This document shows, one piece after another, positions 27,467 to 37,433 of a stretch of DNA of 64,000 nucleotides (its first letter is position 1; every line of letters starts with the position of its first letter). The notes under the pieces are model-generated. The model ran no database searches, had not been told where the DNA came from, and saw only the letters and a program-made list of their open reading frames with translations. Source of the DNA: Hyphomicrobium sp. (GTDB lineage: Bacteria; Pseudomonadota; Alphaproteobacteria; Rhizobiales; Hyphomicrobiaceae); NCBI GenBank assembly GCA_002928955.1, contig PERT01000004.1, forward strand, positions 18,902 to 82,901, given 5' to 3'. Both the position numbers and the translations under genes were made by a program.

Positions 27467-27946
27467 ATGACGGGCGCGGCCGACCAGATGGCGAACGAGG
27501 TTGCTCAGCGCACCACACTGTTGCGGATTTGTTCAGAGGCAACCGACCTTGAGCTTGCAAACGCGCTTCAGGCGCTCGGCGACCTGCCGGCCATGACCGA
27601 GATCAGGCCGCCGGAAGTCGGACTCACCATGCTGCGCGGACGCATGGGCGGCGACGGGCCACCCTTCAATCTCGGCGAAGCCACGGTGACGCGGGCCGCC
27701 GTGCGGCTCGGAACCGGCGTCACCGGCATGTCTTACCTGCTCGGCCGCCGCCCGGAAGCCGCGCGCACCGCCGCACGCATTGACGCGCTCGGGCAACTCT
27801 CGGCCTATCGGCCGTTGATCGACGAACTGCTCGTGCAACCGGTTGGCAATCGCCTTTCGAGCGAACGCCTCATCGAGCGCGCGGAAGCGGCCTCGACCAA
27901 GGTCGACTTCTTCACACTTGTTCGCGGTGAGGACCAGCCGCCATGA
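27467..27946 (+). CDS. phnG: C-P lyase system protein PhnG
   Basis: ...RPPEVGLTMLRGRMGGDGPPFNLGEATVTRAAVRL parallels E. coli PhnG (GL.....RMGG.G..F..G.AT.TRAAVRL). ATG at 27467 is preceded by GGAGGA. ORF 27347..27946 is the maximal frame. Confidence 0.85.
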   Translation: MTGAADQMANEVAQRTTLLRICSEATDLELANALQALGDLPAMTEIRPPEVGLTMLRGRMGGDGPPFNLGEATVTRAAVRLGTGVTGMSYLLGRRPEAARTAARIDALGQLSAYRPLIDELLVQPVGNRLSSERLIERAEAASTKVDFFTLVRGEDQPP

Positions 27947-28575
27947 CCGCATCATCAAGCCCCGGGACATTCGGCTCAGCGGGTAGCGGAACCGGGCACG
28001 GGTTCGCCTCGCTGGCCCACGACTCACAGGCTGTTTTCCGCACCGTGATGCACGCCATCGCCCGGCCCGGCACAATCTCGACTTTCGACCCGCGATTGCA
28101 GCCGCCCGAGCCCTTGTTCGCGACCACCGCCGCGCTGGTTCTAGCGCTCGCCGACTTCGAAACCACGATCTGGCTCGATGCGCCGCTGGCGGAGAACGGC
28201 GCGGTGCGCGACTACCTCAAATTCCACTGCGGCTCGCGCATTGTCGCGCACCCGCACGAGGCAGCGTTCGCCATCGTCAGCCGGCCTGCCACGATGCCGC
28301 AGCTCATACGCTTCAATCAGGGCCTGCCGGCGTTCCCGGACCGCTCGACGACCGTTATCGTCGAGGTTGAGGCCCTGTATCCGGAGGGCTGGCGGCTCCA
28401 CGGTCCCGGAATCAAGGATGATATCGCATTCTCGGCTGCGCCACTTCCGGCCGACTTCGGTGGCCAGCTCGTGCTCAACCGGGATCAGTTTCCACTTGGC
28501 GTCGACCTCATATTCGTGACCGCAACCGAGATCGCCGCACTTCCGCGTTCCGTGCGCCTCATCAGGGGAGGCTGA
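27943..28575 (+). CDS. phnH: C-P lyase system protein PhnH
   Basis: The D.Q..FR..M.A...PG.I motif region and position between phnG and phnI. There is a 4-nt start/stop overlap with phnG. Confidence 0.85.
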   Translation: MTASSSPGTFGSAGSGTGHGFASLAHDSQAVFRTVMHAIARPGTISTFDPRLQPPEPLFATTAALVLALADFETTIWLDAPLAENGAVRDYLKFHCGSRIVAHPHEAAFAIVSRPATMPQLIRFNQGLPAFPDRSTTVIVEVEALYPEGWRLHGPGIKDDIAFSAAPLPADFGGQLVLNRDQFPLGVDLIFVTATEIAALPRSVRLIRGG

Positions 28576-28578
28576 CCG

Positions 28579-29709
28579 ATGTATGTCGCGGTAAAGGGCG
28601 GGGAGAAGGCCATTGCCGCAGCGCATGAGCTGCTGGCCAAGGAGCGGCGCGGCGATCCCGCGGTGCCGGAGATTTCTTCCGCCCAGATCTCGGAGCAGCT
28701 CTCGCTCGGCGTTGATCGGGTGATGTCCGAAGGCTCCCTTTATGACCGCGAGTTGGCGGCGCTCGCAATCAAGCAGGCCCGCGGCGATCTGATCGAGGCG
28801 ATCTTCCTCGTTCGCGCCTACCGCACCACGCTGCCACGCTTCGGCTACAGCCAGCCACTGGACACGAGCAACATGGCTGTTCGCCGCCGTATCTCTGCTA
28901 CCTTCAAGGATTTGCCGGGCGGGCAGATTCTGGGACCTACTTTCGACTATACGCACCGCTTGATTGATCCCTCGCCAAGTGCAGCATTGCCATCAGAGCC
29001 TGTCACAGGCCTCGATCCCGGACCGGCCGACCCGATCCCGCATGTTGCAACCCTGCTGCGGAGCGACGGATTGATCGAGGCGAATGCCGATCACGACGAT
29101 AGCAAGCCCGTGGGCGATCTCACCCGTGAGCCGCTGTCTTTCCCGGCCAGCCGCGACCTCCGCTTGCAATCACTCGCTCGCGGAGACGAGGGATTCCTGC
29201 TGGCACTCGGCTACTCGACCCAGCGCGGCTATGCCCGCACGCATCCGTTCGTCGGCGAGCTGCGCATGGGTGAGGTCGACGTCGAGATTGCCCCGGAGGA
29301 ATTGGGTTTTGCGGTTCCGCTCGGCCGCATCACGCTGACCGAATGCGAAATGGTCAACCAGTTCAAGGGGACGGCGGAACACCCGCCCGAGTTCACGCGC
29401 GGTTATGGACTTATATTCGGGCAATCGGAGCGCAAGGCTATGGCGATGGCGCTGGTGGACCGGTCGCTCAGAGCCCGCGAGCTGGGAGAAGAGCTGAAAG
29501 CGCCGTCCCAGGACGAGGAATTCGTGCTGTCGCACGCCGACAATGTCCAAGCGACCGGCTTCGTCGAGCACTTGAAGCTGCCGCACTACGTCGATTTCCA
29601 GGCCGAGTTGATCCTACTCCGGCAACTCAGGCGCGAGCACACCGAGGCCATGGCACAAAAGGACGCCGGAACAAGCCCCGCCATCGAGCCGAAGGCTGCC
29701 GCCGAATGA
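28579..29709 (+). CDS. phnI: C-P lyase system protein PhnI
   Basis: The N-terminus MYVAVKGGEKAIAAAHELL is nearly identical to E. coli PhnI (MYVAVKGGEKAIDAAHAL). Confidence 0.92.
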   Translation: MYVAVKGGEKAIAAAHELLAKERRGDPAVPEISSAQISEQLSLGVDRVMSEGSLYDRELAALAIKQARGDLIEAIFLVRAYRTTLPRFGYSQPLDTSNMAVRRRISATFKDLPGGQILGPTFDYTHRLIDPSPSAALPSEPVTGLDPGPADPIPHVATLLRSDGLIEANADHDDSKPVGDLTREPLSFPASRDLRLQSLARGDEGFLLALGYSTQRGYARTHPFVGELRMGEVDVEIAPEELGFAVPLGRITLTECEMVNQFKGTAEHPPEFTRGYGLIFGQSERKAMAMALVDRSLRARELGEELKAPSQDEEFVLSHADNVQATGFVEHLKLPHYVDFQAELILLRQLRREHTEAMAQKDAGTSPAIEPKAAAE

Positions 29710-30008
29710 ATGAACCCGAAACATTAGCTACGGCCCAGCCCTCAGGCCGCTCGGTCGAAGTTTTGGCAGATCCGCCGGTCGGCCGTGGATCTTTGCCGCC
29801 ATCAACCGCAGAATCCGAACGGGACACGCCCCCGAACTCACCTCGGGGAGTGGGTCGGGATGAGGGGGCGCCGTCCGATCGTGTCGCACAACAATCCCCC
29901 CTCACCCGGTACGGTAGTCTTGTTGGCGGCCAAGTTCCGACGTCGTCGACAACCGCTCTTACGCTGAGCCAGACAGGGCATGAAGGTTCCTCAAATCCCC
30001 CGACATCC

Positions 30009-30902
30009 GTGACCTATAACTTCGCCTACCTCGACGAGCAGACCAAACGCATGATCCGCCGCGCGATCCTGAAAGCGCTGGCGATCCCCGGCTATCAGGT
30101 TCCATTTGCCAGCCGCGAGATGCCAATGCCCTATGGCTGGGGCACGGGCGGTGTGCAAGTGACCGCTGCTGTGCTCGGCCCCGACGATGTGCTGAAGGTG
30201 ATCGACCAGGGCGCTGACGACACCACGAATGCCGTTTCGATCCGCAAGTTCTTCGAGAAGACGGCGGGCGTGCGGACGACATCGCGCACCGGCGAGGCGA
30301 CGATCATACAGACCCGGCACCGGGTGCCCGAGGCCCCACTTCACGAAGGACAGGTGCTGGTTTATCAGGTGCCGATCCCCGAACCATTGCGTTTTCTTGA
30401 GCCTCGCGAGACAGAAACCCGTCGTATGCACGCGCTCGATGAGTACGGGCTGATGCACGTGAAGCTCTACGAGGATATCGCGCGTTACGGTCACATCGCC
30501 ACGACCTACCACTACCCGGTCAAGGTCGACGGGCGCTACGTCATGGACCCCTCGCCGATCCCGAAATTCGACAACCCGAAACTCGACGATTGCCCCGCCA
30601 TCCAGCTGTTCGGCGCGGGCCGCGAGAAGCGCATCTACGCCATCCCGCCCTTTACCAAGGTGGTCAGCCTGGATTTCGAGGATCACCCCTTCGAGCGCAC
30701 CAGGTTCGAGAAGCCATGCGCGTTGTGCGCGGCATCCGGTGTTTATCTCGACGAGGTTTTGACGGACGATCGCGGTGGGCGAATGTTCGTCTGCTCGGAC
30801 ACGGATTATTGCGAAACCCGCCGCGCCGCCGGTTGCCGGGGAGACTTGTCGCCCACAGGCTCTGGACCGGGCGCCGGCACGCTCTCGCGAGAACCAACAT
30901 GA
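30009..30902 (+). CDS. phnJ: alpha-D-ribose 1-methylphosphonate 5-phosphate C-P lyase PhnJ (conserved body; start unresolved: GTG 30009 or ATG 29706)
   Basis: YNFAYLDEQTKRMIRRAILKALAIPGYQVPFASREMPMPYGWGTGG is almost identical to the very N-terminus of E. coli PhnJ. C-terminal Cys cluster (CALCAASG...CSDTDYC). The in-frame stretch 29706-30008 has atypical codon usage (see findings). Confidence 0.85.
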   Translation: MTYNFAYLDEQTKRMIRRAILKALAIPGYQVPFASREMPMPYGWGTGGVQVTAAVLGPDDVLKVIDQGADDTTNAVSIRKFFEKTAGVRTTSRTGEATIIQTRHRVPEAPLHEGQVLVYQVPIPEPLRFLEPRETETRRMHALDEYGLMHVKLYEDIARYGHIATTYHYPVKVDGRYVMDPSPIPKFDNPKLDDCPAIQLFGAGREKRIYAIPPFTKVVSLDFEDHPFERTRFEKPCALCAASGVYLDEVLTDDRGGRMFVCSDTDYCETRRAAGCRGDLSPTGSGPGAGTLSREPT

Positions 30903-31381
30903 CGGCACCGTCAAACGTGACAATCCGCCTCGCAATGATTACCGATCTTCCAGCCATCCTGGCGCTTTATGCGGAAACTGGCCTAGATGATGGCATTCCG
31001 CTGCCTCTGGCCGCCGCCGAGGACATGTTCCACCGATTTGAGTGCTACCCGTTCTACAAGTTGTGGGTAGCGGATACCGACCGCGTGATCGTCGGCACTT
31101 ATGCGCTTTTGGTGATGGACAACATTGCGCACGAGGCGAAGCCGCTTGCCGTGATCGAGCAGGTTGCGGTGAGCACCCGGTCGCAGGGAATGGGTGTCGG
31201 AACGCGGATGATGCATCATGCGCGCGAGGTCGCCGCGGCCAAGGGCTGCTACAAACTCATGCTGTCCTCGAACGTGAAGCGCACCAAGGCACACGACTTT
31301 TACGACAAGCTCGGTTTCACGCGACACGGCTACAGCTTCCTGGTGGAATTCGACGGGGCGGACGCCGATGAGCAGCGCTGA
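30899..31381 (+). CDS. GNAT-family N-acetyltransferase embedded between phnJ and phnK
   Basis: 160-aa frame with a GNAT acetyl-CoA motif region (VAVSTRSQGMGVGTRMMHHA...A...GCYKLML). ATGA overlap with the phnJ stop and a 14-nt overlap with the phnK start. Confidence 0.75.
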   Translation: MTAPSNVTIRLAMITDLPAILALYAETGLDDGIPLPLAAAEDMFHRFECYPFYKLWVADTDRVIVGTYALLVMDNIAHEAKPLAVIEQVAVSTRSQGMGVGTRMMHHAREVAAAKGCYKLMLSSNVKRTKAHDFYDKLGFTRHGYSFLVEFDGADADEQR

Positions 31382-32150
31382 AACACCGCTCCTCCGGGCT
31401 GATGGATTGACCAAGTTCTACGGCACCCGGACCGGTTGCTTGGATGTATCGCTGAACCTCTACGAAGGCGAGGTCCTGGCTGTCGTGGGTGAATCGGGAT
31501 CAGGCAAATCGACGCTTCTATCGCTCTTATCGATGCAGATGGAACCGACGCACGGACACGTTCACTATCGGATGCGTGACGGAGAGATGCGGGATCTCGC
31601 CGGCCTGAGCGAGGCCGAGTGCCGGCTTTTGTTGCGCACGGATTGGGGCTTTGTCCATCAGGATGCACGCCTGGGACTTCGGATGGGGGTTTCGGCTGGC
31701 GGCAACGTGGGCGAGCGACTGATGGCCATCGGCTGGCGCAACTACGGCCGGATCCGGCACGAAGCCGCCGACTGGCTCGCCCGGGTCGAGATTGATGGCG
31801 GTCGTATCGACGATCCTCCGGGCACATTCTCGGGTGGAATGCGGCAACGGTTGCAGATCGCCAAAAACCTCGTCACCAAGCCGCGCCTCGTGTTCATGGA
31901 CGAGCCGACTGGTGGGCTCGATGTATCCGTGCAGGCTCGCCTGCTTGATCTCGTGCGCGGGCTGGTCGCGGATCTCGGGCTCGCGGCCATCATCGTCACT
32001 CACGACCTTGCTGTCGCACGCCTGTTGTCGCATCGCCTCATGGTCATGAAGGCCGGCCGTGTGATCGAGACCGGACTGACCGACCAAGTGCTCGACGACC
32101 CGCGTGAGCCCTACACCCAGCTTCTCGTTTCCTCCGTGCTTCAGGTCTAA
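31368..32150 (+). CDS. phnK: C-P lyase system ATP-binding protein PhnK
   Basis: Walker A GESGSGKST, signature FSGGMRQR, Walker B VFMDEPTGGLD, and its position after phnJ. Confidence 0.9.
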   Translation: MSSAETPLLRADGLTKFYGTRTGCLDVSLNLYEGEVLAVVGESGSGKSTLLSLLSMQMEPTHGHVHYRMRDGEMRDLAGLSEAECRLLLRTDWGFVHQDARLGLRMGVSAGGNVGERLMAIGWRNYGRIRHEAADWLARVEIDGGRIDDPPGTFSGGMRQRLQIAKNLVTKPRLVFMDEPTGGLDVSVQARLLDLVRGLVADLGLAAIIVTHDLAVARLLSHRLMVMKAGRVIETGLTDQVLDDPREPYTQLLVSSVLQV

Positions 32151-32155
32151 GCGCC

Positions 32156-32863
32156 ATGCCCCCTACCTCGACAGCACCGGCACTCGACATTCACGCTATC
32201 GCCAAGACGTTTGTGATGCATCTGCGCGGAGGCGCGCAACTGCCAGTGGTGCGCGGCGCTTCGTTCGTCGTGGACGCGGGCGAATGCGTCGTGCTGGGCG
32301 GACCCTCGGGCGCGGGCAAATCGTCGGTGCTCAAGATGATCTTCGGCAACTACCGCACCGACGCGGGACACATCCGGGTCGCGTCATCTGGTGGTATCGT
32401 GGATGTGGCGTCCGCCAGCCCGCGCGAAATCGTCGCCCTCAGGCGCTCCACGATCGGCTATGTCAGCCAATTCCTCCGGGTGATCCCGCGGATTTCGGCG
32501 CTCGACCTGGTGATCGCCGCCGCCATCGAAACTGGTGCCGACAAGGATACGGCCTCAGACCGGGCGACACGGCTCTTGTGCCGCCTCAATCTGCCCGAGC
32601 GGTTGTGGCATCTGCCGCCGGCCACGTTCTCTGGCGGCGAGCAACAACGGGTCAATATCGCGCGCGGCTTCGCGGCCGAACGGCCGATCCTGTTGCTGGA
32701 CGAGCCGACCGCGTCACTTGATGCGGCCAATCGCGATGTTGTGGCCGAACTGGTTGCCGAGCAGAAGTCCAAGGGTGCGGCAGTACTGGGCATTTTCCAC
32801 GACGACGATGTACGCCGCTTGGTGGCCGACCGCATCGTCGACATCACCCGGTTTTCGGCGTGA
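32156..32863 (+). CDS. phnL: C-P lyase system ATP-binding protein PhnL
   Basis: Walker A GPSGAGKSS, signature FSGGEQQR, Walker B LLLDEPTASLD, and its position after phnK. Confidence 0.9.
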   Translation: MPPTSTAPALDIHAIAKTFVMHLRGGAQLPVVRGASFVVDAGECVVLGGPSGAGKSSVLKMIFGNYRTDAGHIRVASSGGIVDVASASPREIVALRRSTIGYVSQFLRVIPRISALDLVIAAAIETGADKDTASDRATRLLCRLNLPERLWHLPPATFSGGEQQRVNIARGFAAERPILLLDEPTASLDAANRDVVAELVAEQKSKGAAVLGIFHDDDVRRLVADRIVDITRFSA

Positions 32864-34047
32864 TCGAGGATGATGCCCGAAAGCCAGCAGTCAAAAGGAC
32901 GACCATGAGCGAGACGCGGGTTCTGGAAAACGCCAAGATCGTCACGCCGGACGAGGTGCTCGACGGCTGGATCGGCCTGTCAGACGGCCGGATTGCCGAA
33001 ATTGGCACCGGCCGCCCGCCGGAACGCGGCGCCGACATGGCCGGAGACTATCTGTTGCCGGGGCTGGTCGAACTCCACACCGACCACCTCGAAAGCCACC
33101 TGTCACCACGGCCCAAGGTGCGCTGGAACCATTTGTCGGCCGCGCTGGCCTACGACGCGCAGATCGCCGCCTCTGGTATCACCACCGTGTTCGACAGCCT
33201 GCGCGTTGGATCAGATGTCGACGGCCGTTCAGCCACCGGCGAGTTCGGTGCCATTGCCGAAGCCATCGAAAGCGCCCGCGCCAGCAATCTGCTCCGGGTC
33301 GATCATCGCACGCATCTCAGGTGCGAAATCTGCGCGTCTGACGTGATCGAGGAAGCCACCCACATCCTTGGCCAATTCCGGGTCGACCTCATCTCGCTCA
33401 TGGACCACACTCCGGGCGCGCGGCAATTCCGCGATACGTCGACCTGGAAGATTTACTACGGCGGCAAGTCGGGCAGCACCGACGAGCATCTCGAGACCAT
33501 CATCCGCGACCGCGTCGCGCTGCATCAAGCGAACCATGACCGTCACCGCGGAGAACTGGTTGCCCTCGCCAAGTCACGCGGGATCGTGCTCGCAAGCCAC
33601 GACGACACGACGCTCGCCCACGTTGCAGAATCCGCCGCCGACGGTATTCGCCTTGCCGAGTTCCCGACCACGGTCGAAGCCGCTGTCGCCTCGCACGCGG
33701 CGGGCATCCAGGTGATGATGGGGGCACCCAACGTGGTGCGTGGCGGATCGCATTCGGGCAACGTGTCCGCCGAGACGCTGGCGCGCGCGGGCGTGCTCGA
33801 CATCCTTTCGTCAGACTATGTGCCGGCGAGCCTATTGATGGGGGCGTTCGAGATCGCCAACCGGATCGAGGGTTTCGGCCTCAACAGGGCCGTCAACACG
33901 GTCTCGCTCAATCCTTCTTTGGCGACCGGGCTCGATGACCGCGGCGCCCTCCGCGCCGGCCTCAAAGCGGATCTGATCCGGGTACACATGGCGGGTCGTC
34001 TGCCCGTCGTGAGGGAAGTGTGGCGCGATGCACAACGGGTCATCTGA
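32860..34047 (+). CDS. phnM: alpha-D-ribose 1-methylphosphonate 5-triphosphate diphosphatase PhnM (amidohydrolase fold)
   Basis: PGLVELHTDHLE metal-binding HxH-type motif, ASHDD, size about 380-395 aa, and context. The start is either GTG at 32860 (overlapping the phnL stop) or ATG at 32905. Confidence 0.88.
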   Translation: MIEDDARKPAVKRTTMSETRVLENAKIVTPDEVLDGWIGLSDGRIAEIGTGRPPERGADMAGDYLLPGLVELHTDHLESHLSPRPKVRWNHLSAALAYDAQIAASGITTVFDSLRVGSDVDGRSATGEFGAIAEAIESARASNLLRVDHRTHLRCEICASDVIEEATHILGQFRVDLISLMDHTPGARQFRDTSTWKIYYGGKSGSTDEHLETIIRDRVALHQANHDRHRGELVALAKSRGIVLASHDDTTLAHVAESAADGIRLAEFPTTVEAAVASHAAGIQVMMGAPNVVRGGSHSGNVSAETLARAGVLDILSSDYVPASLLMGAFEIANRIEGFGLNRAVNTVSLNPSLATGLDDRGALRAGLKADLIRVHMAGRLPVVREVWRDAQRVI

Positions 34048-34654
34048 TCCTCAGGGGATCCAAGGTCGGCTGGGACCGGGCAGGGTTGTGTTGATCGTCG
34101 GGCCGAGCGGATCGGGCAAGGACACGCTGTTGCGGCTGCTCGCAGCCCAAACGCACGGGCTGCCGGGCCTCGTGTTCCCCAAGCGCATCGTCACGCGACC
34201 GGCGAGTGCCGACGAAAACAATCACGCCATGTCTGCCGCTGAATTCGATCGGCTGGCCGCCTGTGGGGGCCTTGCCATTACCTGGGAAGCGCACGGACTT
34301 CGCTATGGCGTGCCCCAGACCATCGACAATGCCGTAGCCTCGGGTGCCACGGTTCTCGTCAATGCTTCGAGAAGTGTGCTTGGAGCCGCGAAGGCACGCT
34401 TCACCCATGTCGCGACCGTGCTGATTGATGCTCCCATCGATGTTCTCGCACGCCGTCTTGCCGGTCGCGGACGGGAAGACGGTGACGACATCGGACGGCG
34501 CCTCGACCGCAACCCAGCCGGATTCAGCCGGGCGGACGCCGATCTCGTCATCATCAACGACGGCCCACCGGAAGCCGGCGTGGCAGCTCTCGTCCGTTTC
34601 CTTGCGTCCCCGCACCCAGCCGCCAAGCGGGGCGATTTCACAAAGCCCCGGTGA
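34028..34654 (+). CDS. phnN: ribose 1,5-bisphosphokinase PhnN
   Basis: P-loop VGPSGSGKDTLL, about 200 aa, last gene of the phn operon, overlapping the phnM end by 20 nt. Confidence 0.85.
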   Translation: MHNGSSDPQGIQGRLGPGRVVLIVGPSGSGKDTLLRLLAAQTHGLPGLVFPKRIVTRPASADENNHAMSAAEFDRLAACGGLAITWEAHGLRYGVPQTIDNAVASGATVLVNASRSVLGAAKARFTHVATVLIDAPIDVLARRLAGRGREDGDDIGRRLDRNPAGFSRADADLVIINDGPPEAGVAALVRFLASPHPAAKRGDFTKPR

Positions 34655-34775
34655 CGAACGGCACCGCCGGCACTATAGCTTTCAGGAGCGGCGCTGGCCG
34701 AGTCTCCTGGAATGGCCGCAGTGGTTCCAGGTTGCGATTTGAACGAATGCGGGCTGGCCGCACCGAGGCTCGCCG

Positions 34776-37433
34776 ATGAGATCCACCATGAAGCCCGAGA
34801 AACCGCGCCCCATCCGACTAGCCGATTACGAGCCCCCGGCCTACTTGATCGACAAGGTAGACCTCGAGTTTTCACTGCACCCGACGTCGACCAGAGTTCG
34901 CGCTCGGACGAAGATGCGGCCGAACCCCGCCTTCAACGGCGAGCGCCGGGGGCTCCGGCTTGACGGTGAACAGTTTCAGTTTGGCCATATATCCATAGAC
35001 GGCGCGGAGCTCGCTGCGGCATCTTTCGTGCGCGACGATGTTTCGTTGACCATCCACGACCCTCCCCGCAAGGCGTTCACGGTTGACATCACGTCGACCG
35101 TCAACCCCGACCAGAACAAGGCACTGCAAGGACTCTATCGCTCGCGCGGGGTCTATTGCACACAATGCGAGGCGCAAGGTTTCCGTCGCCTGACCTACTT
35201 CCTCGACCGGCCGGACGTTCTTTCAGTCTACAGCGTCAGGATCGAGGCCGATGTCGTCGAAGCGCCGATCCTGCTCGCCAACGGCAACCCGGTCGAGCGC
35301 GGCACACTCGATCGCGGCAGGCGGCACTACGCCGTGTGGCGCGATCCCCACCCGAAGCCTTGCTATTTGTTTGCCCTGGTCGCGGGCGACCTCTCACCCG
35401 TCGCGTCCAGCTTCAAGACCATGTCCGGGCGGAACGTCGACCTCAAGATCTATGTCGAGCACGGCAAGGAGACGCGGGCAACCTGGGCGATGGGCGCCTT
35501 GAAGCGCGCGATGCAGTGGGACGAGGAACGCTTCGGCCGCGAATACGACCTTGACGTGTTCAACATCGTCGCCGTGTCGGATTTCAATATGGGCGCAATG
35601 GAGAACAAAGGCCTCAACATCTTCAACGATCGCCTGATCCTGGCCAGCGCCGAGACCGCCACCGACAGCATGTTCGAGGCGATCGAAAGTGTGGTTGCGC
35701 ATGAGTACTTCCACAACTGGACCGGCAACCGCATCACCTGTCGCGACTGGTTCCAGCTCTGCCTCAAGGAAGGACTTACGGTTTACCGCGACCAGGAGTT
35801 TTCGGGCGACCAGCGCTCGCGTGCCGTGCAGCGGATTGTCGACGTGCGCCAGCTAAGGACTTACCAATTCGCCGAGGATGCCGGGCCGCTGGCCCACGCT
35901 GTACGGCCAGACACCTATATCGAGATCAACAACTTCTACACTTCGACCATCTACGAGAAGGGCGCCGAATTGGTACGGATGATCGAGACCATCCTGGGCG
36001 CCGAACTCTTTCGCGCCGGGCTCGATCTCTACTTCGAACGGCATGACGGCACGGCTGCGACCATTGAGGAATTCCTGGCCTGCTTCGAGGCTGCGAGCGG
36101 TCGCGACCTCGAGCAATTCAAGCTGTGGTACAGTCAGGCCGGCACGCCAGGCCTCGTCTGCGCATTGAGCTACGACCGCGGGTCGGAATGCGCCGAGATC
36201 AGAATCGATCAGGTCCTGCCGCCGGCGCCCGGGCAACTCAAGACGCAGCCGCTGCACATTCCGGTTCGTTTGGGACTGCTGTGCGGCGACGGTCACGACA
36301 TTCAGCTTGCCGAGACCGAGCACCTCAAGGACGGCGTGCTCAACGTTACCAGGCGCAGCCAGACGTTCAAGTTCAAGAATGTCTCATCCCGCCCCGTGCT
36401 CTCACTGCTGCGCGGCTTCTCGGCCCCCGTCAACCTCACGGTCGATCTCGGTGACCGCGACCTCGAATTCCTGATGGCCAACGACAGCGATCCCTTCAAC
36501 CGCTGGCAGTCTGCGAACACCTTCGCGACCCGCACCATGGTGCACATCGCGACGGCACTGGCCCAGGGCAAGCGTTCGAGCCGCGGCCTCGCATTTGCGC
36601 GGGCTCTCGGAGCGATCATCTCGGACGAGCAACTCGATCCGGCCTACCGTGCCGAGGTCCTGAAGTTGCCGACCCAAGCCGATGTTGCACGCGAGATTGG
36701 CCGCAACGTCGATCCCGGACTGGTCTGGAAGGCCCACCTCCAGGTGTCACGGCTGGTCGGACGGACGCTTGGGGCCGGACTTGAAAAAATCTATCATAGC
36801 ATGGCGGACAGGGTCCCGTTTTCACCGGACGCCGCGGCTGCGGGACGTCGCGCCTTGCGCAACGCCGCGCTCACGCTGCTGGCGGTTCGGGGCGAGCCCA
36901 GCGACCATGCGCTGATCTCAGATCACTACTTCAAGTCGGACAACATGACGGAGCAGGCTCACGCCCTGACCCTGTTGGCACAACATGACGACGATAACCG
37001 GCGGAAGGCGTTGGATCACTTCCACGCCCGCTGGGCCAACGACAACCTGGTCATCGACACTTGGTTCGCCGTGCAGGCACTGTCGCCATTGCCGCGTGCG
37101 CTCAGCGACGTCAAAGCTCTGGTCACCCACCCCACATTTGCACTGACCGCACCCAACAAGGTGCGCGCACTCCTCGGCACCTTCGCCCTGCAGAACCCGC
37201 TCCAGTTCAACCGGGACGACGGCGCGGGCTACGCTTTCATGGTCGACAAGGTTCTGGAACTCGACACATTCAACCCGCAGATCGCCGCCCGGATGCTCGG
37301 GTGCTTCAAGTCCTGGCGGTCGCTCGAGGCCAAGCGGCGCGCCCTCGTCCGGAAAGCGCTGCAAAAGGTCGCCAAGACGCCGGAGCTGTCCCGGGACGTC
37401 TTCGAAATCGTGACAAAAATGCTTGAGGCGTAA
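34776..37433 (+). CDS. pepN: aminopeptidase N (M1 family)
   Basis: GAMEN exopeptidase motif and HEYFHNWTGNR...E zinc motif. 885 aa, colinear with E. coli PepN as I remember it. Confidence 0.93.
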   Translation: MRSTMKPEKPRPIRLADYEPPAYLIDKVDLEFSLHPTSTRVRARTKMRPNPAFNGERRGLRLDGEQFQFGHISIDGAELAAASFVRDDVSLTIHDPPRKAFTVDITSTVNPDQNKALQGLYRSRGVYCTQCEAQGFRRLTYFLDRPDVLSVYSVRIEADVVEAPILLANGNPVERGTLDRGRRHYAVWRDPHPKPCYLFALVAGDLSPVASSFKTMSGRNVDLKIYVEHGKETRATWAMGALKRAMQWDEERFGREYDLDVFNIVAVSDFNMGAMENKGLNIFNDRLILASAETATDSMFEAIESVVAHEYFHNWTGNRITCRDWFQLCLKEGLTVYRDQEFSGDQRSRAVQRIVDVRQLRTYQFAEDAGPLAHAVRPDTYIEINNFYTSTIYEKGAELVRMIETILGAELFRAGLDLYFERHDGTAATIEEFLACFEAASGRDLEQFKLWYSQAGTPGLVCALSYDRGSECAEIRIDQVLPPAPGQLKTQPLHIPVRLGLLCGDGHDIQLAETEHLKDGVLNVTRRSQTFKFKNVSSRPVLSLLRGFSAPVNLTVDLGDRDLEFLMANDSDPFNRWQSANTFATRTMVHIATALAQGKRSSRGLAFARALGAIISDEQLDPAYRAEVLKLPTQADVAREIGRNVDPGLVWKAHLQVSRLVGRTLGAGLEKIYHSMADRVPFSPDAAAAGRRALRNAALTLLAVRGEPSDHALISDHYFKSDNMTEQAHALTLLAQHDDDNRRKALDHFHARWANDNLVIDTWFAVQALSPLPRALSDVKALVTHPTFALTAPNKVRALLGTFALQNPLQFNRDDGAGYAFMVDKVLELDTFNPQIAARMLGCFKSWRSLEAKRRALVRKALQKVAKTPELSRDVFEIVTKMLEA

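Noticed and set aside
29343-29705. Upstream part of the 519-aa ORF that would start phnJ 364 nt inside phnI
   Set aside because: This stretch overlaps the well-supported phnI frame and has no similarity to PhnJ. Only 29706 onward is even a candidate extension.
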